Of a stretch of 64,000 nt of DNA, positions 56,946 to 64,000 are shown in pieces. The notes below the pieces were generated by a model. It was not told where the DNA came from, did no database searches, and saw only the letters and a program-made list of their open reading frames with translations. Numbering within the stretch: position 1 is the stretch's first letter; every line of letters starts with the position of its first letter. Source of the DNA: an uncultured Gemmatimonadales bacterium (GTDB taxonomy: Bacteria > Gemmatimonadota > Gemmatimonadetes > Gemmatimonadales > GWC2-71-9); the NCBI GenBank assembly GCA_963695555.1, contig CAVOGR010000001.1, positions 352,001 through 416,000 of the forward strand, read 5' to 3'. A program made the translations under genes and the position numbers.

Positions 56946-57716
56946 ATGATACTGTTCGACGGGGTGTCCAAGTCGTTCGGACCGCGCAAGGTGCTGGACG
57001 GGTTTTCGCTCGAGGTGCCCGACGGCCAGACCACGGTCATCGTGGGGTTCTCGGGGTCCGGCAAGAGCGTCGCGCTCAAGCATATCGTCGGGCTGTTGCG
57101 TCCGGATGAGGGGCGCGTGGTCGTCGACGGACAGGTCGTGCACGAGCTGGACCGGGATGGCCTCGCCGAGCTGCGGCGTTCGATCGGGTACGTGTTCCAG
57201 TTCGCCGCCTTATTCGACTCGATGACGGTCGAGGAGAATATCCTGCTCGGATTGGCCCGTCGCGGGCTGAGCCAGGAGGAAATCGAGGACCGGGTCACCC
57301 AGAGCCTCCGGTTGGTGGAGCTCGAGGACGCGCGCCTGCAGCTGCCCGCCGAGTTATCAGGCGGGATGCGCAAGCGGGCTGGCATTGCGCGTGCCATCGC
57401 ACTGGGGCCGCGGTACATGTTGTATGATGAGCCGACGACGGGACTCGATCCGGTCACGTCCGCCGTCATCGATCGGCTCATGATCCGCGTGCGCCAAGAA
57501 TCCGGGGCGACCGGCGTCGTGGTGACCCACGACATGCGCAGCGCCTATACCATTGGGGATCGCATTGCCATGCTCTATGAGGGCGCCATCCGACAAGTCG
57601 GCACGGTGGACGAGATCCGCGCGACCCGCGACCCTCTTGTCCGGCAGTTCATCGAGGGGCGACCCAACGCCCCGGCCGTCTCGGGGCCGGCCCCGAGAAC
57701 TGGAGTTGGGCCATGA
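56946..57716 (+). CDS. mlaF: MlaF family ABC ATP-binding protein
   Basis: GFSGSGKS, FQFAALFDS, LSGGMRKR, YDEPTTGLDP, THD. Confidence 0.92.
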   Translation: MILFDGVSKSFGPRKVLDGFSLEVPDGQTTVIVGFSGSGKSVALKHIVGLLRPDEGRVVVDGQVVHELDRDGLAELRRSIGYVFQFAALFDSMTVEENILLGLARRGLSQEEIEDRVTQSLRLVELEDARLQLPAELSGGMRKRAGIARAIALGPRYMLYDEPTTGLDPVTSAVIDRLMIRVRQESGATGVVVTHDMRSAYTIGDRIAMLYEGAIRQVGTVDEIRATRDPLVRQFIEGRPNAPAVSGPAPRTGVGP

Positions 57717-58720
57717 AGCGCACCAATGAGTTGGTGGTCGGGTCCGTGATCTTGGCCGGGCTCGTCGTGGTGATCGGCGGGGCGATCTGGCTCGGACAAC
57801 GCCGGCTCGCGGGGCAGGTGCAGATCCACACCGCCCGGTTCCGAACCGTCGGGGGACTCGGAGTCGGGGCACCGGTGACGCTTCGCGGCGTGCGGGTCGG
57901 GCGGGTCGAGGCCATTCGTCTCGGCCAAGACGAGTGGGTCGAGATGGACCTCCGGGTCGACCGCTCGGTCGATGTTCCGGCCAACCCTGGCGTCATTGCC
58001 GCTTCGGCCAGCCTGTTCGGCGAATGGGCGGCCACGATCATCACCCTCGACGCACCCCAGGAAGACCCCGCCATTCATACACTGCTCACCGAGGCCGCCG
58101 CGCCTGGCGGCGGAGTCTGGCCGGGCGCGACATTGCCGGATATCGGGAAGCTCACGGCGCAAGCCGGCCGGATCGCCAACGACATCGCGCTCCTCACCGG
58201 CAGGGTCGGCGCCATCTTCGATTCGAGTACCGTGAACGAATTGCGGAGCAGCATCCGGGACTTCGTCGATGTAGCCGACCAATTGCGCCGCTTCACACGA
58301 GGCAAGATGGCCTCGTTCGATACCATGGCACTCGACCTGAGCGGCGGATCGGCGGACTTTGCGGCGGCGGCACGCGGTGCCCGGCTCGCGGCCGAGCGGT
58401 TCGACTCGGCCACCGCGGACCGACAGCTCGCCGACATCATGAACTCGGCGCGGGGGTCGAGCGAGGACCTGCGGCGGGCGTCGGCGGATTTCCGCGCCCT
58501 CATGGAGGCGGCGCGCGCCCACGAAACCAGCCTGACGCGGGTCTTGATCGCGACCGACTCCATCATGTCCCGGCTCGAGAGCGGGTCAGGCACGCTCGGG
58601 CTCTTGGCGTCGGACTCGACGTTGTACGCGGAAGCCACGCTCACGGTGCGCACGCTCCGTGACCTGCTCGAGGACATCCAGGCCAATCCGCGGCGCTACT
58701 TCAAGTTCTCGGTATTCTAG
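57713..58720 (+). CDS. mlaD: MCE/MlaD family protein
   Basis: TM then GGL.VGAPV.LRGVRVGRV; helical tail, NPRRY. Confidence 0.88.
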   Translation: MKRTNELVVGSVILAGLVVVIGGAIWLGQRRLAGQVQIHTARFRTVGGLGVGAPVTLRGVRVGRVEAIRLGQDEWVEMDLRVDRSVDVPANPGVIAASASLFGEWAATIITLDAPQEDPAIHTLLTEAAAPGGGVWPGATLPDIGKLTAQAGRIANDIALLTGRVGAIFDSSTVNELRSSIRDFVDVADQLRRFTRGKMASFDTMALDLSGGSADFAAAARGARLAAERFDSATADRQLADIMNSARGSSEDLRRASADFRALMEAARAHETSLTRVLIATDSIMSRLESGSGTLGLLASDSTLYAEATLTVRTLRDLLEDIQANPRRYFKFSVF

Positions 58721-59200
58721 ATGGCGAAGCAGCACGTCGATCGGGAAGTCAGCGCCGGGGGCATCATCTTTCGGCGCAGTCCCGAGGAGCCTGCGCAGTT
58801 TCTGCTCATTCGGGATTCCTACCGCCACTGGGGCTTTCCCAAAGGGCATCTGGAGGACGGCGAGACGCCGGCCGAGGCGGCGCTGCGCGAGACCGCCGAA
58901 GAAACCGGACTGAACGACCTCGTCCTGCACGGCCCGATCAAGATCATCGACTGGCACTTCCGCTTTCGCGGCCGGCGGATTCACAAGTACTGTCACTTCT
59001 TCTTGTTCGAGAGCCCCGCAGCCGAATCCGACCCGCAGGTCGGCGAAGGCATCACCGCATGCCGCTGGTATCCCCTCGAGGAAGCGCTCCGCCACTTGAG
59101 CTACGACAATGCCCGGGGTGTGCTCAAGCGCGCCGGTGAAATGGCACGCACGCTCGTGGCCGTGGGTGCCGGCCGACCCAAGCGGGCTCCGACAGGCTGA
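58721..59200 (+). CDS. NUDIX hydrolase (Ap4A hydrolase-like)
   Basis: SAGG, WGFPKGHLEDGETPAEAALRETAEETG Nudix box. Confidence 0.9.
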   Translation: MAKQHVDREVSAGGIIFRRSPEEPAQFLLIRDSYRHWGFPKGHLEDGETPAEAALRETAEETGLNDLVLHGPIKIIDWHFRFRGRRIHKYCHFFLFESPAAESDPQVGEGITACRWYPLEEALRHLSYDNARGVLKRAGEMARTLVAVGAGRPKRAPTG

Positions 59201-59202
59201 GC

Positions 59203-59973
59203 ATGCCGACCATCGCCGGGCTGCTCGCGACCCGTCGGCAGGTCCAAGCGCTGCGCCGGAGCGTTCCAAAGGGCGGTCCCCAGGTTGTCTCCTGCCGCAG
59301 CTTTCGCGCGCTCCATCGGCTCATGGACCAGCGCCTGGTCGACGCCGTCACGCTCGCCCCCACGAGTGCGAGCCTCTCGGAAGTTGCGGGGTTTCGGGAG
59401 CGGTTCCCGACCATCCCAATGATTGCATATGCGGGGTTCCGGCCCGATGACGGCGCCCTGCTGTCCGCGTGCTACCGGGCGGGGATAGCCCGAGCCCTGG
59501 TCGAAGGAGTGGACGACGCCATCCTCGGTGAGACGCTCAGTCGAACCAGCCTAACGGCGGCGCGACGGAGCGGACTGGCCGCGGCCCCGAGGCTTCTGCG
59601 CCTGACCGAGCCGCTCCAGCGAACAGTCTGGGATGTGTTGATCGAAGATGTCGAGCGGCCCATGGGGACCGACGAATTAGCCCGCCGGTTCAAGGTGAGC
59701 AGGGAGCACCTCTCACGGCAGGTCGGCGCGGGCGGAGCGCCGAATCTCAAACGATTGATGGACCTCACCCGGACGGTTTGTGCCGCTCAGCTGCTGTGCA
59801 ATCCGGGTTACGCCATCCAAACGGTCGTCCGGCTGCTCGGCTTCACATCATCCAGCCATCTGAGCCGCACGGCGCGCCGGGTGGTTGGCGTCCCGGCTGC
59901 GAAGCTCGGCGAACTCACGCCGGAAGAACTCCTGCGGCGGTTCGTGCGCGGGAAGACCCGGAGCCGGATCTAG
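59203..59973 (+). CDS. AraC family HTH transcriptional regulator
   Basis: LARRFKVSREHLSR and LGFTSSSHLSR double HTH. Confidence 0.8.
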   Translation: MPTIAGLLATRRQVQALRRSVPKGGPQVVSCRSFRALHRLMDQRLVDAVTLAPTSASLSEVAGFRERFPTIPMIAYAGFRPDDGALLSACYRAGIARALVEGVDDAILGETLSRTSLTAARRSGLAAAPRLLRLTEPLQRTVWDVLIEDVERPMGTDELARRFKVSREHLSRQVGAGGAPNLKRLMDLTRTVCAAQLLCNPGYAIQTVVRLLGFTSSSHLSRTARRVVGVPAAKLGELTPEELLRRFVRGKTRSRI

Positions 59974-61742
59974 AGTTCTCCCACCTCGCGTTCGTACGCC
60001 GCGAAGATCTCTTCGCGGCCGATCACCCCGCGCAAATGATAGGGCCCGATCCGGTCGACCACCGGCAGCAATTGCGCGCCGCGCGCGCCCAGCCGTCGCA
60101 GTGCGGTGAGGAGATCGTCGTCGATCGTCACGCCTTCGCTGAACGGATGTGCCAGCTCGCGGATCGGGGTCGAGCCTGGAATGGTGCGGTCCGACAGGGC
60201 CCGCTTCAGGTCCTGGGACGTGAAAATCCCGACCACCCTGTTCTCGCGGTCCACCACGGGGAATTCGAGCTGTCGGCTCTGCCGCATCATGGGGATCGTC
60301 TTCTCGAGCGTTGCGTCGGCATAGATGATGGCCGGATCGGTCTTGTAGGCATCCGCCACCGTAAGCCGGCGTAACGCACCCTCGTCGGTGCCGTGACTGA
60401 ACCGTTCGCCACGCCGTGCGAGCCATTCGGTATAGATCGACTCGTGGTGGAGCGCCCGCGCTACCACGTAGGACAACGTGCCCCCGAGCATGAGGGGGAG
60501 AATCAGCCCGTAGTCGTTGGTCATCTCCATGACCATGAAGATGGCGGTGAGGGGCGCATGGGTTGCGCCGCTCACCACGGCGGTCATGCCCACCAGGCCG
60601 AACGCGATCGGCGGAATGCCGATGGCGGGAACGAGCTGCTGGAGCGCGATACCGACCGCCGCGCCAAACGTCCCGCCGATGACCAGGGCCGGTGTGAACA
60701 CGCCGCCGACTCCGCCACCAGCCAGGGTCAATCCGGTGGCGATGATCTTGGCGAAGGCCAAAACGAACAGCAGGGTCGCGGTCTGGCCCAAGGCCAGGCC
60801 GAGGTCGAGGGTCTGGTGGCCGCGGCCCCAGAGCGCGGGCTCGAATTGGCTCGACACGGTTCCGATGATCACCGCGGCCAGAACCAGCCGGGCCCATCGC
60901 GGCACCCGTTCCATCCAGTCGTGAATCCGCCACACCCCGCGGGCGTAGATCGTGGCCACGACGCCGCCCAGGATGCCGAGCAGGGCGTAGAGAAAGAGGT
61001 CGCGGGTCGGGCCGATGGAATATTCCCTGGGAATGCTGATGACCAGGTCTTCGCCGAGCCCGATGCGCGTTACCGCGGCCGCGGCCACGCTGGCTACCAC
61101 GAGCGGGGCCAGCGCCATGGTCCTGAACCCGCCGACCATTTCCTCGAGCGCAAAGAAGACGCCGGCAATCGGCGCGCCGAAGGCGCCCGAAATGCCCGCC
61201 GCCGCCCCGCAGCTGACCAGGAGCTTGAGCCGGTTGGGCCGGAACCTGAAGTAGCGCCCGATCCGGCTGCCCAGGGCGGAGCCGAGCACGGCGACCGGGC
61301 CCTCGGCACCGACCGATCCGCCGCTTCCCAGCGTGATCGCTGCGCCAACGGTCTTGATCACCACCGGTAGGGAGTGCACCACTCCGCCGCGGCGGGCCAC
61401 GGCGTGGATCACGTCGGGGATATTCTCGCCGGGTGAATCGCGGGTCCCGTAGCGGACCAGGAGGCGCACCAGCCAGAGACCGAACGCGAGGGTTGCGATG
61501 GCGCCCAGCGCAACCGGGACGCCCAGGAAACGCGGCACCTGTGCCACGCCCTGGGCCGCGAGATCAATGGTACGGTAAAAGATGAGGGTGCTGAAGCCGA
61601 CCGCGGTGCCGACCATCGCGGCGATGCCCAGCACAATGGGGCCCTCGCCGATTCCCGCCCGCAGCATCAACTGGATGACCCGGTCGCCCAGCGCACTGGT
61701 CTGGACGGCGAGGTACCGGGGGATGGGAGAGAACTCTTTCAT
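59970..61742 (-). CDS. ClC chloride channel/antiporter with CBS domains
   Basis: GGSVGAEGP, GAAAG..FGAP, GGVFTP, SIY; C-terminal CBS pair. Confidence 0.92.
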   Translation of the reverse strand: MKEFSPIPRYLAVQTSALGDRVIQLMLRAGIGEGPIVLGIAAMVGTAVGFSTLIFYRTIDLAAQGVAQVPRFLGVPVALGAIATLAFGLWLVRLLVRYGTRDSPGENIPDVIHAVARRGGVVHSLPVVIKTVGAAITLGSGGSVGAEGPVAVLGSALGSRIGRYFRFRPNRLKLLVSCGAAAGISGAFGAPIAGVFFALEEMVGGFRTMALAPLVVASVAAAAVTRIGLGEDLVISIPREYSIGPTRDLFLYALLGILGGVVATIYARGVWRIHDWMERVPRWARLVLAAVIIGTVSSQFEPALWGRGHQTLDLGLALGQTATLLFVLAFAKIIATGLTLAGGGVGGVFTPALVIGGTFGAAVGIALQQLVPAIGIPPIAFGLVGMTAVVSGATHAPLTAIFMVMEMTNDYGLILPLMLGGTLSYVVARALHHESIYTEWLARRGERFSHGTDEGALRRLTVADAYKTDPAIIYADATLEKTIPMMRQSRQLEFPVVDRENRVVGIFTSQDLKRALSDRTIPGSTPIRELAHPFSEGVTIDDDLLTALRRLGARGAQLLPVVDRIGPYHLRGVIGREEIFAAYEREVGEL

Positions 61743-61866
61743 TGGCAAGAAGATAACCGAGCCGGGCGCTACGGCAGGTCACCGCTCGTGGGTTGCTCGG
61801 CCAATCGCATTGTGATAATTTTCACAATCTAACCCTGAAACGCATACACCCTAGCTTCCAGAGCCT

Positions 61867-63442
<1,576 letters not shown>

Positions 63443-63450
<8 letters not shown>

Positions 63451-64000
63451 AGCCCGGCAGCTGAAGGGGCGGATCCGCTCCGTCCAGAACACGCGGAAGA
63501 TCACCCGGACGATGGAACTGGTGGCCACGTCCAAGCTCCGGCGCGCTCAGAGTCGCGTGGTCGCCGCGCGGCCGTACGCCGAGTCCCTAACCCAGGCCAT
63601 CGCCGACCTCGTGACCCCCGAGCTGGAGGAGCGCTTCCCGCTCCTGCGCCGGCCGCCCCCGCCGGATAAGGGTGGTCCGACCCGGGCTGCCGTCATTCTG
63701 CTGACCTCCAACCGGGGCCTGGCAGGCGGCTTCAATGCCAATCTGATCAGGGAAGCCCAGGCTCGGATGGAGGCGCTCGAACGGGTCCACTATACCGTCG
63801 ATCTTCACGCCATCGGCAAGAAGGGCATCGGCTATTTCAAGTACATCGGGCGGCCGCTGGCTTCCGCACGAATTGATATCGGGGACAAGCCGACGTCGGC
63901 CCACGCGGCCGAGGTGGCGGAGGGGCTGATCCGGGCGTACGCCGACGGCCAGCTTGCCCGCGTCGATTTGGTGTACGCTCACTTCGCGAGCGCTATTTCC
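63443..64000 (+). CDS. atpG: F1F0 ATP synthase subunit gamma (3' truncated by window edge)
   Basis: [31 protein letters not shown]...[13 protein letters not shown]. Confidence 0.95.

Overview
High-GC bacterial chromosome segment. A Gemmatimonadota-like origin is inferred from gene content and style only. About 60 genes are mostly housekeeping, envelope and signalling functions: MoxR/DUF58, threonine aldolase, msrB, HerA-like ATPase, FprA, TonB receptors, two two-component systems, pepE, fused L-serine dehydratase, mlaEFD, ClC and atpA/atpG. There are seven tRNAs in two minus-strand clusters. The most striking region is the 3' end of tRNA-Arg(CCG) (46742-46815), which is repeated with its downstream hairpin at about 43826-43943 and 39964-40026. 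These repeats delimit two tandem islets with no integrase. The proximal, lower-GC islet encodes a beta-propeller lipoprotein, a CxxC thioredoxin-like lipoprotein and two signal-peptide-bearing Cys-rich peptides. One peptide is missing from the ORF track, and both share an exact N-x-D-G-[ST]-x2-C-x3-C-x5-CC framework, making this a candidate undescribed secreted disulfide-peptide system. Between the two tRNA clusters is a tightly coupled 9-gene operon. It combines OlsB/OlsA-like acyltransferases, DinB, NRDE and a hydrolase-DedA-ATP-grasp triple fusion with a ferric-reductase/Rieske module, and is a candidate novel aminolipid pathway. Several genes carry clustered 1-bp frameshifts, which may be assembly errors, and an amidase has a large internal deletion. 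All family calls come from motif recognition by eye; no database searches were run.
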